Notes: a model not told the origin generated them from the sequence alone. Positions 44,960 to 58,842 are shown, numbered from the stretch's first letter. The stretch: 64,000 nt of DNA from Eledone cirrhosa (GCA_964016885.1 OZ024748.1:59582001-59646000), one strand, 5' to 3'. Program-made: numbers and translations.

Positions 44960-45313
44960 AAATGTAAATGTGCGTGAACGACCCAGCATAAATGTGTTGA
45001 GAGAGAAACTGTGTCTGAGAGGGATAGAATGTAGTGTACGGGGGAGGAGACTGAGGTGGTACGGACATGTGATGTGCATGGAGGATGACCGATGGGTGAA
45101 GAAGTGCCAGGAAATGCCAGTTGAAGGAAGACATGGTAGAGGTAGACCACTAAAAACATGGGCGGAGGTGGTGAGAACAGACCTCAGATCATTGAAGCTC
45201 ACGGTGGAGATGACGAAGGACCGTGATGAGTGGAGAGATGCTGTGCTGAATAAGACCCGTCCCACCCTTGCAAGCAGGGAAGAGCGGACGTAAAATGATG
45301 ATGATGATGATGA
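44960..45313 (+). mobile_element. RTE LINE 3' end with (GAT)n tail
   Basis: [12 protein letters not shown]...GRGRPLKTW...DRDEWR followed by GGACGTAAAATGATGATG. Confidence 0.85.
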
Positions 45314-46515
45314 TATATACATACATATATACATACATACATACATACATACATATACACATATATATATATATACAAACATATACATACATACATACAT
45401 ATACATATATACATACATATACACATACATACATACATATATATACACATACATATATATATACACATATATATCCACACACACATATATGTACATATAT
45501 ATATATACACATATATATACATATATATATATACACATATATATACATATATATATATACACATATATATACATATATATATATACACATATATATACAT
45601 ATATATATATACACATATATATACATATATATATATACACATATATATACATATATATATATACACATATATATACATATATATATATACACATATATAT
45701 ACATATATATATATACACATATATATACATACACATATATATACATATATATACATACACATATATATACATATATATATATACACATATATATACATAT
45801 ATATATATACACATATATATACATATATATATATATACACATATATATACATATATACATATACACATATATATACATATACACATATATATACATATAT
45901 ATATATACACATATATATACATATACACATATATATACATATACACATATATATATATATATATACATATACACATATATATATATACATATACACATAT
46001 ATATATATATATACACATATACACATATATATATATATATACATATACACATATATATATATATATACATATACACATATATATACATATACACATATAT
46101 ATACATATACACATATATATACATATACACATATATACATATACATACACATATATATATATATATACACATATATACACACAGATATATATATATATAT
46201 CTGTGTGTATATATGTGTTTATCTGCTGATGGGAGTCTGAACTATAGCCAAGAAAGATATTCCTATATCTCTTATTAGTGCAATTACTTTGAAATAAAGA
46301 AGAAATAAAACATTAAAACACAACAACAACAACAACAGTAGTAGTAGCAATGACAGCAGCAGCAGTAGTAGTAGCAATGACAGCAGCAGCAGTAGTAGTA
46401 GTAGCAATGACAGCAGCAGCAGTAATACTAATAATAATAATATGAGTATCTAATTTAGGCACGACATCAAGGGAAAAGTAAAACTAATACATATATATAT
46501 ATATATACATATGTG

Positions 46516-46547
<32 letters not shown>

Positions 46548-46554
46548 TATATAC

Positions 46555-46636
<82 letters not shown>

Positions 46637-46641
46637 GTGTG

Positions 46642-46686
<45 letters not shown>

Positions 46687-46769
46687 GTGTGTATATATAC
46701 ATGTGTATATATATATATATGTGTATACATATATATATATATGTGTATATATATATATACATGTGTGTG

Positions 46770-46805
<36 letters not shown>

Positions 46806-46806
46806 C

Positions 46807-46901
<95 letters not shown>

Positions 46902-47171
46902 TATATATGTATATATACATATATATATATGTATATATACATATATATATGTATATCTGTATATATGTATGTGTACATATATATATGTATGTATATATAT
47001 ATATGTATGTATATAAGTATGTATATATATATGCATATATATTTACCTTAACTTTTACAGACACACACACGTACATACATATATAAATAAAAGTTCAGAT
47101 GAATATATATGAATTTATGTCTGTGTGTGTGTATATATATATATACACACACATATCATCATCATGATATA

Positions 47172-47208
<37 letters not shown>

Positions 47209-47336
47209 GTTAATATTAATAGCTTCTAGTTATTGACCAAAAATAAACCTAAAATTTCCAATTTTCTAACGAACTAGACAATATAATGATATAGAAATAC
47301 AATATATATATTCTAATATCCTTGAGCAGATGTATA

Positions 47337-47393
<57 letters not shown>

Positions 47394-47991
47394 TGTCCAA
47401 TGTACATGTATATTCTTGTATGTGTATGTGTGTTTATACATATATCCACGCTCATCACTAATTATACATTCATAAATATATTTTATATTAGCTTGTGTGT
47501 GTATGTGTGCACATGCCTCTATATGTACGTGTGTGTATATGCACATGTGTGTATATGTACATCTGTGTATATATATATACGTATGAGTATATACACAAGG
47601 GTATATATATGTGTGTTTATGAACGTGTGTATTTGTAGATGTGTGTATATGTACAGTTCTATACATACACATGTATATGTACATTCATGTGTGTATATGT
47701 AGATGTATATATATATACATGTTTTTACTAAAGTAATTTTTTTTACTCTCCAGAACAAACAAACAAAAAGAAACACCCAACAAAAAGAAACAAAAAAATC
47801 CAAAACTAAAAACTACAACAAAATATTTATAATTTCATATTTGTTACTTCCCTATATTAGAAAATTTAGTTCCAATACCAAGAATAACGATAAAATAATT
47901 GCCACAATATATTTGTATCGTTATATAACGAGATATAACATTAATAAAGACATGCAAAACACAGATTCTTTTATTTTTAAATTTATTTTCC

Positions 47992-48033
<42 letters not shown>

Positions 48034-48039
48034 GGGAAA

Positions 48040-50530
48040 TTTAAAATAACAGATTAAAGTTTAAGCAAAGAATCGCTGCTTTCACCCTTAACGGGATCTT
48101 CTAACTAAAACTAAAAAAAATCAATCTGTGAACGCAGAAGTAAATATTTCGAAAAACGTTGCAACCGAATTAAGACAGGAAGACGATATTTTGGTTCGTG
48201 GAAACGTTCCCTGGCAAAGATGGGAAAAAAACGAAGATAATACGTCATTATTTGGTGCGGTGAAAACAATTACACGCAAAGACAAAACCACATAAATGGT
48301 ATAAATGAAGTCATAGACTAATATTCTATTAGGTGGTTCGTGGAGACGTTCCCTGGCAGTGAACGGAAAAAATGAAGATAATACATCATTATGTGGAGCG
48401 ATGAGAACAATTACACGCAAAGACAAAACCACGTTTATGGTATAACTGAAGTCGTAGACTAAAATTCTATTTAGGAAACCGAATGATTCTCGGCTTCAGA
48501 GTTAAGAATAATGTAATGTAAATAAATTACAGAAGCCAACCTCTCAGTCATTAATTACCTCAACGTTACCCTCAATTTGTCGAATGGCTTGCACTACCCG
48601 TATAGAAAGCCGAATGATACGCTTAATTACATAAGCAAGCATTCTAACCATCCTGCCAGCATAACCATGAACCTGGTAAGAAACGTTTCTTTGAGGCTTT
48701 CCCGTCTATCTACAAACGAGCATATTTTCACCGACCATTCCACATATTACAATGAAGTTCTTGCTTGGAGTGGATTTGTCGATAAGGTAGCATATACCGA
48801 GTATGAGCATAGACCTAGGAAAAATAGATCCCGACGCATTACATTGTATAACCCACCATATAATATGGAGGTGGCCACACCATTAGCTAAGATCTTTCTC
48901 TCCCTTATTATGAAGCATTCACCCCCCCTCTACACATAAATATAATAACATTTTTAATAGAAATACCATTCAAATTTCTTACTCTACGACTCCTAACCTT
49001 GCACATAACATCACTGCTTCAAATTTAGCTAAATTACCTAGTTGTAGGAACACGTGCAACCCTGTAGCTAGCACTAACTGTAATTGTAGGAATCGGGTTG
49101 ACTGCCTCTCTAGTAACATTGTCTACAAATGTAAAGTTGAGACACCCACGTCCCGTAGGGCCTACATAGGGTTAACCGCCAATAGATTCAAGCAGCGCCT
49201 TTACATGCATACCCATTCTTTTCTTAACCCTTTAAGAAGGAATATGACGTCACTTTCAGCTTATATCTGGAGTCTAAAAGACAACCACACCCAATATAGG
49301 TTACAATGGGAGATCCTAGCTAAGGCTAGATCGTATAACGGAAATAAAAGACCATGTGACCTCTGCGCCGCTGAAGCCCTGGAAATACTCTACGCCAAAG
49401 TCCACATCTTAAACAAAAATCTGAGGCAATTTCGGCTTGTAAACATAAATTGTACAAACCTTTCCTGTATTACAGCCCCACTTTATACCCTAACGGATAG
49501 TACGAACTATACGCGGATAATTTACATCTTGATGTTTTATCTTTATACCATTACTTATTTGTATAGGTAAGTATATATTACCTTATGTTTTGTGAAGGTA
49601 TGTATACTTTCTCATACGTATATTTGCTTGTATTTGTTATAGGCGTATATATTATTTTATATATACTGGTACATGTGTATACGACTTTTGAGTTTGTGTG
49701 TGTATGCGGGTTTGCACGTATGTAGGGTGTGTGTATATGTGTACTTTGTGGGTTTGGTTGACGTACGTTTAGCGAACATGTGTATTTACATGTAGGTGTG
49801 CATGCGCGCGTTATATACGTATTTATGTGTATATTTATATACGTTTATATAATTATATGTATACACGCACACATGTATATATATTTTTTTATATATGTTT
49901 TATGTGTATTTGGTGTATACGTTCGTATGTGTGCGGGTACAGGCATTGCGTGGGTTTTTGTATGTGGGGCGTGTTTTTGTGTACGTGCCTGTATTTGCAT
50001 ACCCATGGCGGGTGTTTTCACGTATGCATGTGTATGTACGTATATGGATGCGTGCATGTATATATTTAATTATTGTTGATTTCAATAACCTCTAATTTAT
50101 TTACATTATTCTTAACTCTGAAGCCGAGAATCATTCGGTTTCCTAAATAGAATATTAGTCTACGACTTCAGTTATACCATAAACGTGGTTTTGTCTTTGC
50201 GTGTAATTGTTCTCATCGCCCCACATAATGACGTATTATCTTCGTTTTTTTTCCTTTCTTTGCCAGGGAACGTTTCCACGAACCAAAGTATCGTCTTCCT
50301 GTCTTCCTTCGGTTGCAACATTTTTTGAAATATTTACTTCTGCGTTCAGAGATTGATTTTTTTAGTTTTAGAAGATCCTGTTAAGGGTGAAAGCAGCGAT
50401 TTTTTGCTTAAACTTTAATCAGTTATTTTAATAAATATTTGCTCTACGGTTCTTATATATTTGATATATATTTATTCTTATTGAGCCCTCTTTGGATTTT
50501 AGTCTTCACATTTATTATTATTACTATTAC

Positions 50531-50534
<4 letters not shown>
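48040..50534 (+). mobile_element. 5'-truncated Penelope-like element (Naiad-like) with inverted copy of its 3'UTR
   Basis: Frameshifted coding remnant ~48532-49460: EANLSVINYLNVTLNL (RT7), YRKPN, SNHP, YNPPY, CNCR, IVYK...YIGLT...FKQR (GIY-YIG), LSAYIW, CDLC. 48040-48530 is an inverted copy of 50092-50430. Inserted in (TA)n. Confidence 0.88.
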
Positions 50535-50571
<37 letters not shown>

Positions 50572-50574
<3 letters not shown>

Positions 50575-50807
50575 GAGGGTAATCTCAAAAGTAAGGTCTC
50601 CAAAGCAATGGGGGGACGCAGAGAAACTGTTCGTACGGCTGTTGGCAACACTGTTGTGATTGGTGCTTCCTTCACTCCCAAACAACCATGCGCGCGCTTC
50701 GCTGGGATGCTCAATCTTGGCTTGGCAGCCATTGAGAATGGAGCTCCCGTTGAACACTACCGCCAAGTGCGAATTTCGCGCAGTTATTATTTACGAGGGC
50801 AATCTCA
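50572..50807 (+). mobile_element. Mariner 5' fragment (TIR plus transposase start)
   Basis: TA-CGAGGGTAATCTCAAAAGTAAGG TIR; ATG at 50738 reads MELPLNTTAKCEFRAVI, resembling the mariner N-terminal HTH start. Confidence 0.6.
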
Positions 50808-51505
50808 CAACCATGTAACATTGATGTTCGTATGCACGCATCATACAATCTGCCTTTCATTTTTAGAGAGAAACCTTTAGTGGCCAATAGTGGTATAAGC
50901 TCTCTGAACTTTTTCCATCCCGTTCTGACTCTGGCTACTGTACTTTCAGAGCACCCTCCACCACTGCTGATCTTGTCACCCAGGTAACGGAAGGTGTCCA
51001 CTATTTCTATAGAACCATCTGGGCAATAGAAGGAGCTAGTATCCTGCGGGCACTTGCTTCTTATTGCACCTGAGCATCGGCCACATATAAAATCTATGTT
51101 CTTAGATAGCTTACCTGTGATCCCACTACATCTTTTATGTACCCATAGTTTGCATTTGGGACATAAAATGGAGTTTCTGCCTACTCCTTTCCTACACACT
51201 GAGCCTGGCCCTTTACCAGAGGGGACCTGTGCCCTATTTTCCTTTCTACATACTAGTACTTTAGTCTTAGACAAGTTAACTTTAAGGCCTTTTGATTCTA
51301 GGACATGCTTCCATGTTTGGAATTTCTTCTCTAGTTCAGCCATAGATTCAGCTATAAGCGTTAGATCATCTGCGTATAGAAGTTACCATGGGCAGCCGGT
51401 CTTGAACTCCTCTGTTATAGCCTGAAGGGCAATAATACATAGGAGGGGCTAACTAAGGACAGAACCTTGATGAACAACTTTTACGCTAAATTCTTCACTA
51501 AATTT
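50802..51505 (-). mobile_element. RTE RT fragment with internal Cys/His (PHD-like) finger
   Basis: LLYADD, GLKVNLSKTK, then SVCRKGVGRNSILCPKCKLWVHKRC...FICGRC, then FRYLGD and ARVRTGWKKFREL; stops present. Confidence 0.85.
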
Positions 51506-52333
51506 GTTGTTAATTCTAACCCTACACACCACCTTCCGCCCTCCCTGCTCGGACCCGATGTCTCCTTCTCCACCCCTCCATCCATCCATCACCACCCCTA
51601 CATGCTTCACACCATTTCACCACTTGTTTCATTTTAATTTATTTATCCTCTTTTTAATTTGTTTCCTTCCTCTTAACCCCCCCCCCCCCCCCTTTTTTAA
51701 TGTCTTTCCACCACTCCCCCTCACATCCTCGGAACTCTTTTCCTTCCCACTTTTCTCCTGATGACGGGCTTATGCCTGAAACGTCGTTCCCCACCCTCCA
51801 CTCTCAAGCGTGAACCTAATACAAACACTTTGTACAGCACCCTTCGTTATTGTTTTTGTTTTAACATATATATATATATCTATATCCGATTATATATATA
51901 TATATCAAATTATGTGAGGAAATAATAGACAAAAATATACCAATTTTTTTCTTCAAACTTCCGACTGCAGTTTCACTGACTGGTCTGCAGCAATCTTGCA
52001 CTAGAAAAGTGCACCATCACTGTGAGCTTATAAGGCTTATCATGAAGCTCCTCAACTGAACGAGAGATGTCCATTCAGTTGAGGGGGGAGGGGGCTCTTG
52101 AAGAGCCGACAACCTCACGGGACCGGTGCATGATTGCTGCAGTCCAGTTGGTGAAACAGTAGTCAGGACTTTGAAGAAAAAAATTGGTACATTTTTGTCT
52201 ATTATTTCCTCACATTTATAATTTGATAGATAGCTCTGATTAAATGATTATTTTAATTCTTTCGGTCATTGAGAAAAACTGGTCACGGCAGAACACCACA
52301 CATACATATACTTATGTGTATCTTATTACTATT

Positions 52334-52365
<32 letters not shown>

Positions 52366-52438
52366 ACTACCTGTGCATATACATCTAGATATAAACTAAA
52401 CACACTCATCTAAAAGTTTCTATATACCTTAAAGTCTC

Positions 52439-52486
<48 letters not shown>

Positions 52487-53120
52487 CGAAGGAGGTGTGG
52501 TAAGGAACCAGATGGACCATAACACACCATAGTACTCAATACTTAGGGTAGTAGAGTGGGTAATAGGAAAATGTTTAACCCCGACGGCAGAGCTCAAGCC
52601 GTTACGACGGCTATTTCTGGACTCTGACTAGAGTCCAGAAACAGCCGTCGAAACAGCTTGAGCTCTGCCATCGGGGTTAAACATTTTCCTCTATAGAGAG
52701 AGAGAGAGATATATAGATATATAGAGAAAGAGTGAGAGAGGTGTGTGCATACGTGTGTATATATATATATATATCTCATCATCATTTTACGTCCGCTTTT
52801 CCCCGCTTGCAAGGGTGTGTGTATATATATATATATATATACTCACACACACACACACACACACCATTAACTCCATACCAGTTTCCTGATGCCATGTGGA
52901 TTTTGGCAACATTCAGTGACCAGAATGCATGTGTGAGTATGTATGTGTATGAATGTGCGTGTGTACGTTTATGTCTGAGTATCTGCATGTATATATATGC
53001 CTGTGTGAGTGTGTGTGCATGCGTGTGAGTGTGTGTAGGATATAAGAAGGTAGACATTCATTAAGAAAACACAGATGAAGAAGAGATCAGCCCCGGGGTT
53101 GGTGGGAGCCTCATTATTTA

Positions 53121-53303
<183 letters not shown>

Positions 53304-53565
53304 CTAAAATAATAACAAAACAGTTCATTATATATATATATAGACACAGAGAGAGAGAGAGAGAGAAAGAGAGACAGAGAGAGAGAAAGAGGGGGTGTAT
53401 ATATCATGTATATCAGCATCGTTTTTCACGTCCACTTTTTGATGCTTGAAAGAAGTGTATATACCATGTGTGTGTGTGTATGTATGTATGTATATTTACA
53501 GTGAGACATATGATCATCAACATCCAACAGTTACTTTCCCTACTAGCCACATGCATATATTCATT

Positions 53566-53897
53566 TCATTTCATTTTACGTCCACTTTTCCCTGCTTGCA
53601 AGGGTGGGACAGGAACCGATTCTGGCTTGATTTCTACAGCTGGATGCCCTTCCTAACACCAACCTCATTTACAGTGAGTGCTGGATGCTTTTTTTGCCGT
53701 GGCACCTCCACGACCACTTTGCAGTGGAATGATAGGGACCCCAGTCCCTATCATCTCATTTCTACAGCTGAGTAAACTGGAGCAATGTGAAATAAAGTGT
53801 CTTGCTCAAGGAAACAACACATCACCCGGTCTGAGAATTGAACTCACAACCTTTCGATTGCAAGCCCAATGCTCTAACCACTAAGCCATGTGCCTCA
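53566..53897 (-). mobile_element. Full-length tRNA-derived SINE with RTE-derived 3' tail
   Basis: A/B boxes (TGGCTTAGTGG, AGTTCAATTCT), CORE-like segment, GGAAGGGCATCCAGCTGTAGAAA body, tail CCCACCCTTGCAAGCAGGGAAAAGTGGACGTAAAATG. Confidence 0.85.
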
Positions 53898-54379
53898 TAT
53901 ATATATATGAAGACTAAAATCCAAAGAGGGTTCAATAAGGATAAATATATATCAAATATATAAAAACCATAGAGCAAATATTTATTAAAATAACAGATTG
54001 AAGTTTGAGCAGGGGATCGCAGCTTTCACCTTTAACGGAATCTTCTGAGTTTCAGAAGATCCCGATTCTTTGCTTGAGCTTTAATCTGTTATTTTAATAA
54101 ATATATATATATATAACTCCTAGAATTAACGATTAACTGATTAATTTAATTAGACAATTCTATTGATTGATTAATTGTTTATGTTTGTTTGATAACTTCT
54201 GGTTGAGTGTTTAATTCGGTTTGTCTAAGGGCCCAAATTTCGAATTGACCACCAAAACGGGGGTTACCTCCCTTTGAGAAAACCACGTGTCTATAGCGAA
54301 AATTACTGCTAGAAAACACACCTGGAGAGGAACGAAGCATGCAGGCTCCGTTGGATGTGTAATAGTAATTAATATACAC

Positions 54380-54700
54380 GAACGGCAAAACATAAATGAA
54401 CTAAGTGAGAAATTAGGAATAAGAGGGATCAGATGCTATTTACTTGAGAGAAGACTACGTTGGTATGGTCACGTGATGCGCATGAAAGACGACAGCTGTA
54501 TAAAAATGTGCAGGGCGATCAAAATTGATGGAAGTTACGGAGTAGGGAGACCCAGAAAAACCTGGGATGATTTGATAAATTCCAGCCTTACACACTTGCA
54601 CCTCTCTAAGACAATGTCACTGGACCGAGATCTTTGGCACTACGCAGTAATACAGAAGACCCACCTTGCCTATGTACAAAGCGAAACCTATAGTCAGTAG
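54380..54700 (+). mobile_element. RTE LINE 3' fragment
   Basis: [12 protein letters not shown]...GRPRKTW...DRDLW C-terminal motif. Confidence 0.8.
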
Positions 54701-55045
54701 GCACCTCTTAACCAAATATACACCTCCATCCCACTACCCCTACTCCATCCTCCCACACCCACCTACACGACCCTTTCTCTGTAAAGTTATGTTGGTACCA
54801 CAACATCCAGTCCAAACTAATGAGGTCGTGTAGGTGTCACAACAAAAAAACACGTACTCCACGCTGTAATGTGGTTGGTGTTAGGAAGGGTGTTAAAAAA
54901 CCTGCCAGATAGACCTATACGAGCGAGACACGGTCACCCGACCAATCTTGCCTCAAGTGGGACAATTCCCGTCTAACCCATGCTTGCTTGGAAGATGGAC
55001 GTTAAACAATGATGATGACAATATATATATGACACACACGCAATG

Positions 55046-55990
55046 CTGTAAAGTGGTCGTGTAGATGTCACGATAAAAAGCACCCAGCCCACATTGCAAA
55101 GTGGTCGTGTCATGACAAAAAGCACCCAACCCACACTGCAAAGTGGTCGTGTCATGACAAAAAGCACCCAGCCCATACTGCAAAGTGGTCGTGTCATGAC
55201 AAAAAGCACCCAGCCCATACTGCAAAGTGGTCGTGTCATGACAAAAAGCACCCAGCCCACACTGAAAAGTGGTCGTGTCATGACAAAAAGCACCCAGCCC
55301 ACACTGTAAAGTGGCCGTGTCATGACAAAAAGCACCCAGTCCACACTGAAAAGTGGTTGTGTCATGACAAAAAGCACCCAACCCACACTGCAAAGTGGTC
55401 GTGTCATGACAAAAAGCACCCAGCCCATACTGCAAAGTGGTCGTGTCATGACAAAAAGCACCCAGCCCACACTGCAAAGTGGTCGTGTCATGACAAAAAG
55501 CACCCAACCCACACTGCAAAGTGGTCGTGTCATGACAAAAAGCACCCAGCCTACACTGCAAAGTGGTCGTGTCATGACAAAAAGCACCCAGCCCACACTG
55601 TAAAGTGGTTGTGTCATGACAAAAAGCACCCAGCCTACACTGCAAAGTGGTCGTGTCATGACAAAAAGCACCCAGCCCACACTGAAAAGTGGTCGTGTCA
55701 TGACAAAAAGCACCCAGCCCACACTGAAAAGTGGTCGTGTCATGACAAAAAGCACCCAGCCCACACTGAAAAGTGGTCGTGTCATGACAAAAAGCACCCA
55801 GCCTACACTGAAAAGTGGTCGTATGTCACGACAAAAAGCACCCAGCCTACACTGTAAAGTGGTCGTATGTCACGACAAAAAGCACCCAGCCCACACTGTA
55901 AGGTGGTCGTATGTCACAACAAAAAGCATCCAGCCCACACTGTAAGGTGCTCGTATGTCACGACAAAAAGCACCAAGTAGACACTGTAGG
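55046..55990. repeat. 42-bp minisatellite (~22 units) derived from a SINE internal segment
   Basis: Unit CTGCAAAGTGGTCGTGTCATGACAAAAAGCACCCAGCCCACA; runs directly into the SINE body GGAAGGGCATCCAGCTGTAG at ~55989. Confidence 0.92.
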
Positions 55991-56148
55991 AAGGGCATCC
56001 AGCTGTAGAAATTTAGCCAGAAACAGTTCTATATGAGCAAGACACGGTCACCTGACGCAACTTGCCTCAAAAGGGACAACCCGTCTAACCCATGCTAGTG
56101 TAAAAAGTGGACGTTAAACAATGATGACGATTAAAGTAGCTAGGTTCA

Positions 56149-56301
<153 letters not shown>

Positions 56302-57624
56302 TTAAAAAAGGAATGGAAGAAACTGTTTAAAGGTGAGAGGGGGGGAGTTGGGGCTGGTGTGATAGGAGATTCTAAATTACATTTCAATAGAGGAGTTTGT
56401 TTCATACAGTTATCTATATACACACAGCTACACACACACATACTCAGTGACAGAGGTACACACATACATATATACACACACACCAACAATTACACACATA
56501 CATATACACAACAGAGCTACACATATACATACAAACACACACACAACAACAGTTACACACTCAGTGATGGAGATAGACACACACACACACACATCAAGAG
56601 ACAGATATACACACACACACAACAGAGCTACACACATACATACAAACACACAAGCACACAGCAACAGAGTTACACACATACAAACAAACACACACACACA
56701 CAACAGAGCTACACACATACATACAAACACACACAGCAATGGAGCTACACACATACATACACACACACACATCTAGAGTACATACACACCCACACACAGC
56801 TAGAGTACACATACAAACACCTAGAGTACATACACACACAGCTAGATACATACACACAACAGCAATACAGACATACACACGCACTCAGCAACACAGATAC
56901 ATACACACGCACAGACAGCTACAGAATACACAACTACAGTCCACATGCACACACACACACACCTCTAGAGCACATACACACACAGCTAGATACATACACA
57001 CAACAGCAATACAGACATACACACGCACTCAGCAATACAGATACATACACACGCAGACAGCTACAGAATACACAACTACAGTCCACACGCACACACCTCT
57101 AGAGTACATACACAAACACACAACTAGACTACATACACACACAAAGAGTCCTATCGAAAAAACACCTTTACCCATTCGAATTTAATAAAATAATCACAAC
57201 ATTAAACCAATCATTACAATCAGACAATATCGATGACTAAAAATATTGAACATCTTCAAACAAGGCAAGAACTTATATATTACATTATATATTATATATT
57301 TCACAACACACACATCAGATATGAGCCGAAAACATTAACTGATCCAACGGCAGATAACTCCTACAAAATACACGATGTTATTTCCCCTTAGCAAATTTTT
57401 TTTTTTCTTCTTTATTAATATTTTTCTTGAAGCTGCGAAGTATCAGAGACTTTGGAACATAAGACAGAACATTCTACAGAGTTCGTTCCAGCTCTCTGCG
57501 TTCAGAGTTAAAGTTTACCTCTGATTCTTTTGTTGCCGATAAAATACCAGCACAATACTGGAACGGTTTTCCCTTCCTTTCTTTCTGCTTGTGCACACAC
57601 ACAAACATATATATATATGTGTGT

Positions 57625-57679
<55 letters not shown>

Positions 57680-57777
57680 CACACACACACATATATTTAT
57701 ACATGTGTGTTTATATATATAAATATATATATGTATGTATGTACATACATATATAAATATATATATGTGTTTATATA

Positions 57778-58137
57778 TCATCATCAGTTTACGTCCGCTT
57801 TTCCTTGCTTGCAAGGGTGGGACAGGGACGGATTCTGGCTTGATTTCTACAGCTGGATGCCCTTCCTAACACCAACCTCATTTTTTTCCGTGGCACCTAC
57901 ACGTTCACTTTACAGTGTGGGCTGGGTGCTTTTTTGCCATGGCACCCCCACAACCACTTTGCAGTAGAATGATAGGGACCCCAGTCCTATCATCTCATTT
58001 CTACAGCTGAGTAAACTGGAGCAATGTGAAATAAAGTGTCTTGCTCAAGGAAACAACACATCACCCGGTCTGAGAATTGAATTCACAACCTTTCGATTGC
58101 AAGCCCAATGTTCTAACCACTAAGCCATGTGCCTCCA
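57778..58137 (-). mobile_element. Second copy of the RTE-tailed SINE
   Basis: Near-identical to 53566-53897. Partial relatives at 41561-41820, 54830-55020, 55980-56130 and 59928-60140. Confidence 0.85.
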
Positions 58138-58344
58138 TCCAGAGTTTTATTATAATAATAAACAAATAAGACAGTTACTTTAGTCCATCCCTATTTATTT
58201 TATTATACATATTTCAAAAATGTATGGCTTATGTATAACATCAGTTAAACATGTTCTCATCAGCTAAAATCCACAGATGTAAATATCCTTTGATATGCAA
58301 CTGGCCAGTCGCTGAAGTGAATAACTCGTGTGACCACCAACATA

Positions 58345-58416
58345 TTTTATCTGAAGAGAACATGTTTAACTGATGTTATACATAAGCCATACATCTTCGA
58401 AATACGTATAATAAAA
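58345..58416 (+). ncRNA. Minimal hammerhead (diverged mirror copy ~58198-58270 on -)
   Basis: TTTTAT-CTGAAGA-GAACATGT...ACATCTTC-GAAA-TACGTA-TA/ATAAAA. Confidence 0.75.
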
Positions 58417-58842
58417 TAAATCGGGATGGACAAAAGTAACCATCTTATTAATTTATTATTATTATATATACTAGCATGCGTGGTGTGTATATTGATATTA
58501 TACGCAAGTATATATGCATGTAGATATGATACATCAAATAAAATCGTAATTGACAATATATAATACACAGAAATTGAACAAAAACTGCATTAGACTGTCT
58601 TATGTAATCAGTAACGTAGTCCATGATACATTAAAAAAAGATGATAATTATATATAAACTGCATTACGAGAAAATTAGTGACGCAAATATATGAATGTTT
58701 ATTTAAGCGATCGCTAACTGGAAGTGTTGACATTTGAAAATTTTAAAGAAGTGAATCTTAAAATAAGCAACAAAATTATTTATATTTAATCAATATTTAG
58801 TAGATAAATTATGTAATATTCATTCATTATTTATTCAAAGTA

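Noticed and set aside
49070-49460. Selenoprotein-type Naiad (UGA at conserved Cys)
   Set aside because: The CNCR, DC and CDLC cysteines are encoded by TGT/TGC; no in-frame TGA at those positions.
54953-55945. 14-aa repeat proteins, or a CRISPR-like array
   Set aside because: 42-bp head-to-tail minisatellite with no unique spacers, derived from a SINE; eukaryotic intron, no cas genes.
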